Of a stretch of 64,000 nucleotides of DNA, positions 19,788-29,378 are shown piece after piece (position 1 is the stretch's first letter; each line of letters begins with the position of its first letter). This stretch comes from Acidimicrobiia bacterium (GTDB lineage: Bacteria; Actinomycetota; Acidimicrobiia; Acidimicrobiales; SHLQ01). The notes beneath the pieces are model-generated. The model saw nothing but the letters and a program-made list of their open reading frames with translations. It searched no databases and had not been told where the DNA came from. The stretch covers positions 1,158,992 through 1,222,991 of the forward strand of contig JAWPMS010000001.1 in NCBI GenBank assembly GCA_033344795.1. Reading direction: 5' to 3'. Position numbers and translations under genes: made by a program.

Positions 19788-20213
19788 GTTGCTCTCGACG
19801 TCCCCTTCAGGCTCCAGTGAGCCGCCAATGCGAAGGAGGTTTCCGTCGGCATCGAGGAGCGCAAACTCACGCAAGCCGTAGTCCGTGTCGACCGGCGGCA
19901 ACACCCGCCCCGCCTTCCCTGCGACCACCGCGAACCCCGACGACTCAGCGACGACCTCCCACGCCGAGTGCAGGGAATTGACCGGCTCGACCGAACCGAA
20001 CCGGATGTACACCGCATGATCGTTTGCCTTCGATTTCACTTTGCCGGCGCCGTAGAAATGCAACTCGATGCCAACCGGGTGCTCGAGGATCAGATAGTTC
20101 GTGCCGAATCGATTCGATTCGACGAACCCCAGCGTCGCGTAGAACGCCGCGGTTCGCTCGAAATCGCTGCTGGGAAAGACCGGGATCTGCGTGGGTGTTT
20201 GAGGGGTCGCCAT
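19785..20213 (-). CDS. VOC (glyoxalase/bleomycin-resistance) family protein
   Basis: 142 aa; PVFPSSDFERTAAFYATLGF...DYGLREFALLDADGNLLRIG is typical of the VOC fold. Confidence 0.75.
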   Translation of the reverse strand: MATPQTPTQIPVFPSSDFERTAAFYATLGFVESNRFGTNYLILEHPVGIELHFYGAGKVKSKANDHAVYIRFGSVEPVNSLHSAWEVVAESSGFAVVAGKAGRVLPPVDTDYGLREFALLDADGNLLRIGGSLEPEGDVESN

Positions 20214-20227
20214 CCCTCTGGTTTAGC

Positions 20228-20899
20228 TCAGAACGACGATCCCGTGAGGGCTGCCGCCAGCTCGACGAAGTCGTTGACCGACACGTCTGCGGGCGGATAG
20301 CTATCGGCATAGTGCATGTGCGGGCGCCGAACGTAGGCCGTGCGAAGGCCCACGCTTCGAGCACCTTGCAAGTCCCAATCGTGACACGCCACGAGCCACG
20401 TGTGCTCGGGGTCTGCTCCGCCGATCTCGAGTGCGTGCAGATACGGCGCGCGGTGTGGCTTGAATCGTTGCACCAAGTCGACCGACAGGATTTCGTCGAA
20501 GAGATGCCCGAGCCCGTTGCCGTCGACTTGGGCGGTCACGCCAGCGAGCGAGCTGTTCGTCAGCGGCATCGTCTTCCATCCCGCTTCCCGCAGTGACTCG
20601 AGTCCCTCCACCACGTCTGGATATGGAGCGATCGCTGCCAGAGACGCTCCCACGCGAGGCACAGCGTCCGCCGCCAATGTCCGATCGATCGAGGCCGCAG
20701 TGGTTCGCAACGCCGAGGGCGCCAACACCCCGAAGTCCTGATAGCTGTCGGTGATCGCAGACGTCATCGCCAACTGGAGGAGCTTCTGAAACCACATCGT
20801 GAAGCCGTGCTCACTCCCGAGCACGTCATTCACCGTCGCTCGCACGTCCGCGAGATCGAGGGTGGTTTCGTTCATGTCGAACAGCGCAACGTTGGTCAT
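20228..20899 (-). CDS. HAD-superfamily hydrolase, haloacid dehalogenase type II-like
   Basis: 223 aa; ALFDMNETTLDL (DxxxT nucleophile motif), downstream KPHRAPY and ACHDWDLQGA motifs. Confidence 0.78.
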   Translation of the reverse strand: MTNVALFDMNETTLDLADVRATVNDVLGSEHGFTMWFQKLLQLAMTSAITDSYQDFGVLAPSALRTTAASIDRTLAADAVPRVGASLAAIAPYPDVVEGLESLREAGWKTMPLTNSSLAGVTAQVDGNGLGHLFDEILSVDLVQRFKPHRAPYLHALEIGGADPEHTWLVACHDWDLQGARSVGLRTAYVRRPHMHYADSYPPADVSVNDFVELAAALTGSSF

Positions 20900-20930
20900 G
20901 GGTCATGTGTAGTCCCGTCCCCACGATTTC

Positions 20931-20980
20931 CGAAATTTGCAGGCTGCTGGGCCGGATTGGCCCAGCAGCCTGCAAAATTG
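20931..20980. repeat. Palindromic repeat element, copy 1 (18-bp perfect arms TTTGCAGGCTGCTGGGCC / GGCCCAGCAGCCTGCAAA)
   Basis: Arms at 20936..20953 and 20959..20976 with a 5-nt loop; about 80% identical by eye to the element at 22892..22941. Confidence 0.8.
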
Positions 20981-21024
20981 CGATCGGTGTGTCACATCTC
21001 GTGTGGCTGCGGTGTCATAGAGAC

Positions 21025-21600
21025 ATGGAGCGATCGGCGGAGAACGCAGCGATAGGCAGCGGTTCGGTCCGCGAACAATTCGCCACGTTCGAAGAGATGT
21101 ACCCGTCACTTCGCCGATTCGCGGCTGTCGTCGCCGATCTCGACATGGATCCCGACGACCTCGTGCAAGATGCGCTGGCATCGACGCTCCAGCGATATGC
21201 CTTTGACGAACTCGACCAGCCTCTCGCCTACCTGAAGCGTGCGATCGTCCATCGCGCCGCGAACAAACGTCGGCGTGCTGGGCGGCTACGGGCCCTCCTG
21301 CCTCGGCTCAAGAACGACACATCCCAGTCGGATGTGTATCCGTCGGACCTCGCTGTGTTGGACGAGCTCGCACCGCTCGATCGAGCCGTCATCTTCCTCG
21401 CCGATGTCGAGGGCGAACCGCACGAACGAATCGCAGCTGAGCTCGGCCTGACCCCAGCCGCGGTCAGAAAACGCGCAAGCCGCGCCCGGAGACAGCTGCG
21501 GTCGATCCTTCATCCACAGATCTCCGCGGTCAGGCACGACGGGGTTGACGCAGCTGAGAGCCCGGCTGTTCGCGGCGACACCGAATCGAAAGGAACATGA
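21025..21600 (+). CDS. ECF-type sigma-70 family RNA polymerase sigma factor
   Basis: Track ORF trimmed to the ATG at 21025; region 2 DPDDLVQDALASTL and region 4 HTH RIAAELGLTPAAVRKRASRARRQL. Confidence 0.8.
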   Translation: MERSAENAAIGSGSVREQFATFEEMYPSLRRFAAVVADLDMDPDDLVQDALASTLQRYAFDELDQPLAYLKRAIVHRAANKRRRAGRLRALLPRLKNDTSQSDVYPSDLAVLDELAPLDRAVIFLADVEGEPHERIAAELGLTPAAVRKRASRARRQLRSILHPQISAVRHDGVDAAESPAVRGDTESKGT

Positions 21601-22901
21601 TGAACGGAACCGATCTTCTCGAACGACGCGCCGAGCGCGGTTCCGCGCGGGGAGCGGCAAACGTGTGGGCCAACGCGCAGCTATCACCTCACGATGGCCG
21701 AGGGCCAGAGCATCGATCGCGGTTGCTCTTTCGAATTGCACTCGTCGTGTGGATCGTCGGTCTCATCGCCGTCGCTCTCGATCAGGCCAATGACGATTCT
21801 CCAACCGACACCGTCGACCAACCCGACACGACCGAGCCAGTCTCGGCCGATGACGAAGCACTCCTACCAGAGCCCATTCTGATCGATGGCATGAAGCTCG
21901 ACGGCGCGTCGATCCCCTTCAGTTATTCCACCGCGGACTCCGAAGGTGCTGTCGAGGGCGCTGTTGAGGACTTCTTCGATGGACTGTTCGGATCGAACCG
22001 TGATCGGGCGGTCATCAACGATGCCGACGAACGGGGGACGTCGACCGTCATCTTCGCCGACCCTGAACGCCCCTTCGAAGAACCAATTCTCGGATTGTTG
22101 CTCTTCGGTTCCGGTGGGTTTCGGCCTTGGGGCGTCAACGTCGAGCCGGGTCAACTCGAGGAACTCTCCGCGCACGTCGCCCAGCAGGACGGCGACTGGA
22201 GGATCGACGAAGACAGCGGCCTCGTCGAAGTTGCTCGGTTCGATGACGACCCGTGGGACATGGTTCGCTATGGATGGCAGTTCGACTTCGTCGATGGTGA
22301 CGATCAAGCGACGTTGCAAGCGGAACGTCACGATGCGTTCGCCGAGTGGATCTGGCTCTCGCGTCTCGGATCCGGTGAGGTCGACAGCGGACGAAACCTC
22401 TCTGTGACGCCCACGACGGTGCTCGGCAACGACGCCCTGGTTCTGTCGATAGAAGGTACGGACAGGCGAGACCCCGACTTCGCGGACGCTCGTACGGAGC
22501 TGCTTTGGACGTCCGACGACTTCGCGTATCGGCTCGTCTCGTCGTCGGTGCGAGACAACACCGCGTTTGGACGGGCGCCCGATGAAGACGTCGACAACCT
22601 CACGCTCGTCGAGCGTCAGGTGTGGCTCGATTCCATCGACCGAGCGAACCGCACACCGATCATCGAATGGGTTGGCGGTCTGTTGAGCATCACCCTGATG
22701 CTTGCGCTGATCGTGAGCTCCGTGGTGTTGCTCTTTCGCAGGTCGTATCGCTCGTCTGCGATCGCATTCGCGACGGTGCTCGTCTGGATCGTCGTGCTTG
22801 GATCCTTCGGCTTCTCACAACTCCTCATCTTGACCGCCGGCCTGGGGCTCGCCTGGTGGTCATGGCGCACCCGAGCGCGTGGCCCAATTGGCGAAATTTG
22901 A
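21597..22901 (+). CDS. Sigma-coupled membrane protein (putative anti-sigma-like partner)
   Basis: 434 aa; ATGA overlap with the sigma stop; one N-proximal TM, a large acidic domain and 3 C-terminal TM segments; no ZAS motif. Confidence 0.6.
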   Translation: MMNGTDLLERRAERGSARGAANVWANAQLSPHDGRGPEHRSRLLFRIALVVWIVGLIAVALDQANDDSPTDTVDQPDTTEPVSADDEALLPEPILIDGMKLDGASIPFSYSTADSEGAVEGAVEDFFDGLFGSNRDRAVINDADERGTSTVIFADPERPFEEPILGLLLFGSGGFRPWGVNVEPGQLEELSAHVAQQDGDWRIDEDSGLVEVARFDDDPWDMVRYGWQFDFVDGDDQATLQAERHDAFAEWIWLSRLGSGEVDSGRNLSVTPTTVLGNDALVLSIEGTDRRDPDFADARTELLWTSDDFAYRLVSSSVRDNTAFGRAPDEDVDNLTLVERQVWLDSIDRANRTPIIEWVGGLLSITLMLALIVSSVVLLFRRSYRSSAIAFATVLVWIVVLGSFGFSQLLILTAGLGLAWWSWRTRARGPIGEI

Positions 22902-22941
22902 AGCCTGCTGGGCCAATCTGGCCCACCATCCTTCAAATTTG
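22892..22941. repeat. Palindromic repeat element, copy 2 (degenerate)
   Basis: CGAAATTTGAAGCCTGCTGGGCCAATCTGGCCCACCATCCTTCAAATTTG; the stop codons of both convergent genes (22899..22901 plus strand, 22933..22935 minus strand) lie in the AAATTTGA arms. Confidence 0.75.
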
Positions 22942-24687
22942 GAATTGGCCGGCGGTGGGAGCTCGGTAGACCTCGGTGTAGTCCGGAGCGAGCGTCTCGT
23001 TTCCGAGGATGATGTCCGCGGCCCGTTCGGCGATCATCATCGTCGGGGCATAGATGTTGCCGTTGCTGACCGCTGGCATCACGGACGCGTCGACGACATA
23101 AAGCCCCTCGGTGCCGTGGACCTGCATGGTGGACGGGTCCACCACGGCCATGGGGTCGGACGCCGGCCCCATCTTCGCGGTACAAGAAGGGTGCAACGCG
23201 GTCTCGGCATCCTGGCGAATCCAGTCGAGGATCTGCTCGTCGGTCTCCACGTCGGGCCCAGGAGACACCTCTCCCCCGTCGTACGGGGCGAAGGCTGGTT
23301 GGCGCATGATGTGTCGAGCAGTACGAATTGCTTCGACCCATTCCTTGCGATCGTTCTCGGTCGAGAGGTAGTTGAACTGCACCGCTGGGTGTTCGCGTGG
23401 GTTCGTCGATTTGATCTTCACCGTGCCGCGCACGTCGCTGTACATCGGTCCAACGTGAACCTGGTAGCCGTGACCTCCCTCTGGAGACGATCCGTCGTAG
23501 CGAATCGCGATCGGCAGGAAGTGGAACATCAGGTTGGGATACTCGACGTCGTCGTTGCTGCGAACGAACGCTCCTGCCTCGAAATGATTGGTCGCCGCCG
23601 GACCCTTGCGAAACAGCCACTGCAGCCCGATGAAGGGCATGCGCCACTTGGCGTTGTAGGGCTGCATCGAAACCGGTTGGGTGCACGAATGTTGGATGTA
23701 GACCTCGAGATGATCCTGCAGGTTCTCGCCGACACCAGGGAGATCGGACACGACGTCGATGCCCAGCGCCGAAAGGTGCTTCCAGTCGCCGACACCACTG
23801 AGCTGCAAGAGCTGAGGCGAATTGAACGCCCCGCCACAACTGATGACGTTCTTGGCCTTCGCCACATGTGTCTTGCGACCACGCTTGTACTCGACGCCGA
23901 CCGCCTTGTTTCCTTCGAACTGGATCTTGTTCACCTGTGCCAAGGTCTTGAGCGTCAGGTTCGGGCGATCGAGCACGGGGTGGAGATAAGCGCGAGCTGC
24001 ACTCATGCGCCGCCCTCGGGTCATGTTCTTGTCGAAGATCGCGAAGCCCTCTTGACGAAAACCGTTCACATCGGTGGTTGCGGCGAACCCAGCTTCGGGT
24101 CCCGCCTTCAGCCAGGCCTTGAAGAGCGGCGTACTGGCGGGTCCGGTTTCCATCTGCAAGGGACCTTCATCGCCGCGCCAGTCGTCGCCGCCGACGAGTC
24201 GATTCTCCATGCGCTTGAAGTAGGGCAAACAATGGGCATAGTCCCAAGCCTCGAGGCCGTCGGTTGCCCCCCACTTGTCGTAGTCCATGGGGTTGCCGCG
24301 CTGGAAGATCATGCCGTTGATGCTCGACGATCCCCCGAGCACCTTGCCGCGAGCGTGGTAGATCTTGCGACCATTCATGTGTGGCTCGGGTTCGCTCTCG
24401 TACTTCCAGTCGTAGAACCGGGATCCGATCGGATAGGTCAGGGCCGCGGGCATGTGGATGAATACGTCCCACTTCCAGTCCTTGCGACCTGCCTCGAGCA
24501 CGAGAACCTTGTTGTTCGGATCGGCGCTCAGACGGTTGGCCATCGCGCAACCCGCGCTGCCGCCGCCAATGACCACGTAGTCGAACTGTGTTTCTCGTGA
24601 TACTTCCGATCGACGCTTCGAGCGAGTTTCAGTTGCAGCGATGGCCTTCGCCCTCGCGCCATTCATCTTCTCGAACAATGTGCTCAT
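22933..24687 (-). CDS. GMC-family FAD oxidoreductase (choline dehydrogenase-like)
   Basis: Track ORF trimmed to the ATG at 24687; [34 protein letters not shown] and C-terminal [12 protein letters not shown] signatures. Confidence 0.9.
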   Translation of the reverse strand: MSTLFEKMNGARAKAIAATETRSKRRSEVSRETQFDYVVIGGGSAGCAMANRLSADPNNKVLVLEAGRKDWKWDVFIHMPAALTYPIGSRFYDWKYESEPEPHMNGRKIYHARGKVLGGSSSINGMIFQRGNPMDYDKWGATDGLEAWDYAHCLPYFKRMENRLVGGDDWRGDEGPLQMETGPASTPLFKAWLKAGPEAGFAATTDVNGFRQEGFAIFDKNMTRGRRMSAARAYLHPVLDRPNLTLKTLAQVNKIQFEGNKAVGVEYKRGRKTHVAKAKNVISCGGAFNSPQLLQLSGVGDWKHLSALGIDVVSDLPGVGENLQDHLEVYIQHSCTQPVSMQPYNAKWRMPFIGLQWLFRKGPAATNHFEAGAFVRSNDDVEYPNLMFHFLPIAIRYDGSSPEGGHGYQVHVGPMYSDVRGTVKIKSTNPREHPAVQFNYLSTENDRKEWVEAIRTARHIMRQPAFAPYDGGEVSPGPDVETDEQILDWIRQDAETALHPSCTAKMGPASDPMAVVDPSTMQVHGTEGLYVVDASVMPAVSNGNIYAPTMMIAERAADIILGNETLAPDYTEVYRAPTAGQFQI

Positions 24688-24816
24688 GGTTCCCCAATTC
24701 GACAAAAACCGTCTGAGCAGTACAGTAACTGACATGATCGAGATTCTCAAGCGGAGCGGAGCTCGCGAAGCGAACAACACATCGGACTCGGATGTCGGGC
24801 GGAAGTCTCGACAACA

Positions 24817-25377
24817 ATGAAGCAGCACGCAAAGACAGAGGCGACGAAAGCCAAGCTGCTCGACGCGGCGGCGGAAGTCGTGCGAGCCGATGGCGTCTCG
24901 AACCTCACGCTCGATCGCGTCGCGGAGAGCGCCGGTGTCAGCAAAGGCGGGCTGCTGTACCACTACCCGACGAAGCAGGCGCTCATTGCGGCGATGTTGG
25001 AGCGCACCCTCGCCCGCGCGGATGACAGGCTCAACGAGCTGGCGGTCACGAACGGTCGAACCACCGGTGCGTTCGCCCAGGCGTACCTCGACTACGTACG
25101 CTCCGATCAGCCCGCCGAGCTCGATTCAGCAACGGGAATTTTCGCCTCTGCAGCGCTCGACGATGGAGACCTCACCCCGGCCCAAGAACAATTCGCGTCG
25201 TGGCAGGAACGGCTGCTCGACGACGATGGCCTCGACCCGACGACCGCCCTCCTCGCTCGGGTCGTAGGCGACGGACTCTGGTTGATCGATCTCTTCGGTC
25301 TCGCGCCACCAACTCACGAGCAACGCAACGAATTGATCGCCATGGTCGAAGCATTGGTCCAGAGATCGTCAAGCTGA
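24817..25377 (+). CDS. TetR/AcrR family transcriptional regulator
   Basis: 186 aa; [31 protein letters not shown]; divergent from the GMC oxidoreductase. Confidence 0.85.
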   Translation: MKQHAKTEATKAKLLDAAAEVVRADGVSNLTLDRVAESAGVSKGGLLYHYPTKQALIAAMLERTLARADDRLNELAVTNGRTTGAFAQAYLDYVRSDQPAELDSATGIFASAALDDGDLTPAQEQFASWQERLLDDDGLDPTTALLARVVGDGLWLIDLFGLAPPTHEQRNELIAMVEALVQRSSS

Positions 25378-25395
25378 GATGCCCGGCCAGACGTC

Positions 25396-26460
25396 TTAGT
25401 TGATGGTGGCGTCCTCGGGATGTTGCATCAACCCGTCGAACAAGTCGTCGAGGTCGAGGTTCTCCAGATCGAGGTTCTCGAGATCCAGGGGGAAGTCCTT
25501 GAACGGACCCTCGTCGAGAAAGCTGTCGAAGTTGGGCAGGTCACAGTCGGGAATTTCGATCTTGGTCGTCGTCCCCGATCGATCGACGGTGACGTTCATG
25601 CACTCGGCAAAGTCCTTCATCTCGTTCTCAAATTCGCGGAAGGTCCCATCCTCGAAGAAGGGAAAGAACGGGCTCTCTCCCTCTTCGGACGGGAAATCCT
25701 CGAAGGAGAAGTCCTCGCCGGGGAAACCGTCACTGTCGAAGAGACCTTCCGGCAGCCCGAATCGTTCGGCGAACTCGCTCGGATCGAAGAACATCACCGG
25801 ACCATCGGCGTGCTCGGACACGAGGTCGAGGATCCGTTCGATCTGCTCCTTCGGGCCACGGACCTCCACGAATGTCTCGTCGTCGAATAACGCCGAGGCG
25901 GTCACCTCGTCTCCGTCGTTCTTGATCCAGACCGTTTGGTCGTCGATCTGGCGGGTCTCATCGGCAGCGGCTTCGGCATCGGCAGCACGGGAAGCAGCGT
26001 CGTCTCCGCTGATGACGGCGATGGCGAACGACTCATCGCCCAGGTTGAGCTGCAGGTCGAAGTTCTCGTCGTTCAACCCGGCGAAGGGGCCACGCCCCTC
26101 AGGCGGATCGAGCGGCGCATCCGTGACCGTGGTCTCGGTCGACGAACTCGGCGCGGCGGTCGTCGACGTGGTGGACGGCTCCACCTGCGAAGCGAGACCG
26201 GCGGGTTCCTCCGACGAGATCTCCTCGCCATCATCGGTTGCCAAGGTGATGGCATCCGGCTGGTCGTCGCTTACCAGCGCAACACCGATCGGCAAGGCGA
26301 TGACGGCCACGAGCGCGGCCATCGCACCGCCAATGACCTTGCGGCGTTTGTTTCGACGGCGTCCGACTTCTGCGGTGAGCTCGTCGATTGTGGGTGGGGT
26401 CGGGACCGGTCCGAGAGCGGCGCGTCGACCGGCGGCTTCGAGATAATCATTTGAAGGCAT
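25396..26460 (-). CDS. Single-pass membrane protein with highly acidic Phe/Asp/Glu-rich ectodomain (anti-sigma-like partner)
   Basis: Track ORF trimmed to the ATG at 26460, which overlaps the sigma stop by 14 nt; RRRNKRRK then TM VIGGAMAALVAVIALPIGVALV. Confidence 0.6.
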   Translation of the reverse strand: MPSNDYLEAAGRRAALGPVPTPPTIDELTAEVGRRRNKRRKVIGGAMAALVAVIALPIGVALVSDDQPDAITLATDDGEEISSEEPAGLASQVEPSTTSTTAAPSSSTETTVTDAPLDPPEGRGPFAGLNDENFDLQLNLGDESFAIAVISGDDAASRAADAEAAADETRQIDDQTVWIKNDGDEVTASALFDDETFVEVRGPKEQIERILDLVSEHADGPVMFFDPSEFAERFGLPEGLFDSDGFPGEDFSFEDFPSEEGESPFFPFFEDGTFREFENEMKDFAECMNVTVDRSGTTTKIEIPDCDLPNFDSFLDEGPFKDFPLDLENLDLENLDLDDLFDGLMQHPEDATIN

Positions 26461-26950
26461 GAAACAAACGTCTTTCTGAGGAGTGGTTCGAACCGAGATC
26501 TTGTGCGAGTGCGTCGTGCGCCCGGCGAAGCATTGTGGCGACCGTGCCACGCTGCACTCCAAGCGCTTCCGCGATGCCGGCTTCGGTCAGGTCGCCGACG
26601 TACCGCAGGATGACGGCTGACCGGGTGCGATCCGGCAACCGAGAAACCGCATTCCACAATTCGTGGTCTGGTTCGATGGGCGCTGCTGTCGTTGGGGTCC
26701 AGCCGAGGTCGGCGGCAACCGACCGATCGCGAGCGGATCGACGCAAACGCCGTCGCGCGTCGTTGAGCGCAACTTTGTAGAGCCAACCGCCTGGACGATC
26801 CATCTTCGAGACGCGATCCCACTTCGCGAGCGCTCTCACGAACGCCTCCGACGCTGCGTCGGCCGAAACCTGACCATCTCCGGTGAGCAACGTGAGAGCG
26901 TTGACCACACGGGGATACTCACTTTGGTACCACGTAGCGAAATCGATCAT
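26447..26950 (-). CDS. ECF-type sigma-70 family sigma factor
   Basis: ATG at 26950 (track start 26977); GWLYKVALNDARRRLR (region 2), AEALGVQRGTVATMLRRAHDAL (region 4). Confidence 0.85.
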   Translation of the reverse strand: MIDFATWYQSEYPRVVNALTLLTGDGQVSADAASEAFVRALAKWDRVSKMDRPGGWLYKVALNDARRRLRRSARDRSVAADLGWTPTTAAPIEPDHELWNAVSRLPDRTRSAVILRYVGDLTEAGIAEALGVQRGTVATMLRRAHDALAQDLGSNHSSERRLFHAFK

Positions 26951-27014
26951 CGAGACAACAAGCCTCCTCAGGCCCAAAAGGTAGACAAACTCGACAGAAA
27001 AAGATCCGCGGTGT

Positions 27015-27043
27015 GTAAACGTTCCCGTGTGACGAATCGTCTT
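27015..27043 (+). promoter_or_regulatory. ECF-promoter-like element GTAAAC-N17-CGTCTT upstream of the 27079 sigma gene
   Basis: Seen directly; the complement of the same AACGTT core reads GGGAAC toward the divergent sigma gene; inference only. Confidence 0.3.
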
Positions 27044-27078
27044 AGTGATGTGGGCACACGTCGATCTGCGGGCAAAAC

Positions 27079-27558
27079 ATGGTGAGCGTTGGCCAACTCG
27101 AGGCCCTGTACTCGCAACAGCTTGATCACTTTGTTGGACTCGCGGACTGGATCATCGGCGATCGATCGATCGCTGAAGAGGTCGTACAAGACACCTTCAT
27201 TCGTCTGGTCGCCAGCCCGCCTCATCTCCGAGACCACGCCGCCCTCGAGGCGTATGTGCGGTCGGCGGTGCTGAACCGCTGCCGAACGAGAGGCCGGCGT
27301 CTCACGTTGGAACGCCGACACGCGCGCTCGCTTTCGGAGCCCATGATCGAGGATGAATATCTCGACGGGCACGTCAGACAAGCGGTGTTGTCGTTGCCCA
27401 TGAGGCAACGACAGTGTGTCGTGCTCCGCTTCTACGACGACCTGACCGTCGCACAAATCGCGAAAACCCTGCGGCTCCGACCGGGCACGGTCAAGAGCCA
27501 CCTTCACCGGGGTCTACAGACCCTCGGCAAGCAACTCAACGAGGAGGTCCGATCATGA
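27079..27558 (+). CDS. ECF-type sigma-70 family sigma factor
   Basis: 159 aa; EEVVQDTFIRL (region 2), QRQCVVLRFYDDLTVAQIAKTLRLRPGTVKSHLHRG (region 4). Confidence 0.85.
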   Translation: MVSVGQLEALYSQQLDHFVGLADWIIGDRSIAEEVVQDTFIRLVASPPHLRDHAALEAYVRSAVLNRCRTRGRRLTLERRHARSLSEPMIEDEYLDGHVRQAVLSLPMRQRQCVVLRFYDDLTVAQIAKTLRLRPGTVKSHLHRGLQTLGKQLNEEVRS

Positions 27559-28643
27559 ACACCGAACTCGAAGAGCGACTTCGGACATCGATCCAAACCC
27601 CAGCAACATCGGTACGTCGCGACTGGGAGTCGATCACTGCGTCTGCAGACCGGAGGACACGTCGAAGCAGCCGCACATTTCGACTGGCGCTCGTTTCATT
27701 CGTCGCGATTCTCGGTTTCACGCTGGTCGTCAACGGCAGCACCGGTGAGGTCACGAACGTCGATCCTGCGACATCACCCGGGAGTCTCGAGGAAGCCGCA
27801 CCGCTCACCACGCCCGCGCTCGTCCTCGCCGTCGTGCTCACGATCGGGCTGACCCTGATGGCGGTCTCCGCACTCGTTCGACGACCCATCCATCAAGAAG
27901 ACGCACTCGTGGGCTGGCGACGATGGTGGCCTCTTTTGCTGCTCCCGCCAACGGTCACGGCCGCGGTTGCTTCAGCTTGGGTGTTCTCCGACTTCGAGTC
28001 GTATGTCCTGCTCGTTTCCGCAGCCTTGCTCTCGGTGCCCTGCGTACCGGTCGTGATCTGGTTGCTTGCCGAGCGCGTGGCCGAGCAGCCGAAGCGGTGG
28101 CGAATCGCCTCCGGCGTGTGGATATCACTCGGGGTCGCTTGCGTCTTGTGGACTCGGTGGTTCATCGTCGACATCATCGGATTGACCCAAGGAAGCCGTT
28201 TGTGGCCGACCGAGGCCGACCCCGACGTTCTTCTCAGCCTCGACCACCCGCCGGATGGCTCGTGGACACCCGATCGAATCATGACCACGGAACTCGTCTT
28301 CGTCGTCATCATCGCGATCATGACCGGCTCCGTTCTGCGCGCGGTGCGAACGGCGCCCCGATACGCGGTCGCCATGGTTCCCGTGCTGGTTTGGACGATG
28401 CTTGGCATTTACCAGCTCGTCGCGCCGCTGTCCTTCGTGCTCGACTACGACACCTTCTTCGGCGACCTCGTGCTGGGTGGCACCTACGCCAACTTGACGT
28501 TCGTTCTTCCCTTCGACGTGGTCGGCAGCGGAGCAATCGCCCTCGCGTGCCTCTCGATGGGGCTGATGCTCCATGGTTGGGGTGGGCCGGTGAGACCCGC
28601 TGCGGATGACTCGGAAGACGCCCCAGTCGACGAGACCGAGTAG
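27555..28643 (+). CDS. Sigma-coupled polytopic membrane protein
   Basis: Track ORF trimmed to the ATG at 27555 (GAGGAGG SD, ATGA overlap with the sigma stop); about 9 TM segments. Confidence 0.6.
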   Translation: MNTELEERLRTSIQTPATSVRRDWESITASADRRTRRSSRTFRLALVSFVAILGFTLVVNGSTGEVTNVDPATSPGSLEEAAPLTTPALVLAVVLTIGLTLMAVSALVRRPIHQEDALVGWRRWWPLLLLPPTVTAAVASAWVFSDFESYVLLVSAALLSVPCVPVVIWLLAERVAEQPKRWRIASGVWISLGVACVLWTRWFIVDIIGLTQGSRLWPTEADPDVLLSLDHPPDGSWTPDRIMTTELVFVVIIAIMTGSVLRAVRTAPRYAVAMVPVLVWTMLGIYQLVAPLSFVLDYDTFFGDLVLGGTYANLTFVLPFDVVGSGAIALACLSMGLMLHGWGGPVRPAADDSEDAPVDETE

Positions 28644-28706
28644 CGCGCCGCGACGTCATACAGCTCCATCAGGAAACATCGCCATGCTTTCGGGCAGAGT
28701 GTCAAG

Positions 28707-29375
28707 GTGTCTGACGTCGACGACCGCCCGCGAGCACTCCAAATGGCAGCACGTGTCGAGAAGCTCGAGCCTCCGCATCTCGAGGATGTGTTCGCCGCGG
28801 CCGCGCTCGGCGTGGTCGCGCTGCTCGACGACTACCGCAGCCTTCCGGGCGGCGAGTGGCACGACGAGGTAGCCGCATGGAACGGTGCTCGCATCCGCAA
28901 GATCATGCGCCGAGCACGGGCTTCGGCGTGGGTACGCTCCCACACGGTCCCCGGATTGACGATCCGGCACCGAACGGCCCAAGTGCGGATCTTCGTGCCG
29001 GGCGTGGTCGCTGACGCTCCCGCCGAATTGAGCAAACTTCAGATCCAGTCGACGCCACTCGACGAACCGGATCGCGCACGATCGCTCGAGACGGTCGACC
29101 GACCGACGCTCACGGTGTTGTTGAACCCCGCAGTCGAAATGAGCTGGGGAAAGCGTGGAGCGCAGGTGGCCCATGCAGCGCAACGATGTTGGCAACAACT
29201 CGAGCGCCGAGATCGTCTCGACTGGAACGCGGCCGGACAACCGGTCCGCGTGCTCACGCCGACCGATGCTCTCTGGGCCGACCAAATCGACCGTCTGCCC
29301 ACCACGATTCGCGATGGTGGGTTCACCGAGATTGCGCCCGGTACCCTCACGGCCGCGGCGGGGCTGAGCCGCTAG
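28707..29375 (+). CDS. PTH2-family peptidyl-tRNA hydrolase-like protein with N-terminal extension
   Basis: 222 aa, GTG start; C-terminal half MSWGKRGAQVAHAAQ...IRDGGFTEIAPGTLTAAA matches the PTH2 pattern. Confidence 0.55.
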   Translation: MSDVDDRPRALQMAARVEKLEPPHLEDVFAAAALGVVALLDDYRSLPGGEWHDEVAAWNGARIRKIMRRARASAWVRSHTVPGLTIRHRTAQVRIFVPGVVADAPAELSKLQIQSTPLDEPDRARSLETVDRPTLTVLLNPAVEMSWGKRGAQVAHAAQRCWQQLERRDRLDWNAAGQPVRVLTPTDALWADQIDRLPTTIRDGGFTEIAPGTLTAAAGLSR

Positions 29376-29378
29376 GGC

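Noticed and set aside
19013-20017. N-terminal extensions in the ORF track (for example 19013..20017, 22933..24963, 61114..62367, 33656..34930, 27414..28643, 31174..31908, 42823..44004)
   Set aside because: The extended parts overlap neighbouring genes or have non-protein-like composition. Internal starts with SD sequences and family-typical N-termini were used instead.
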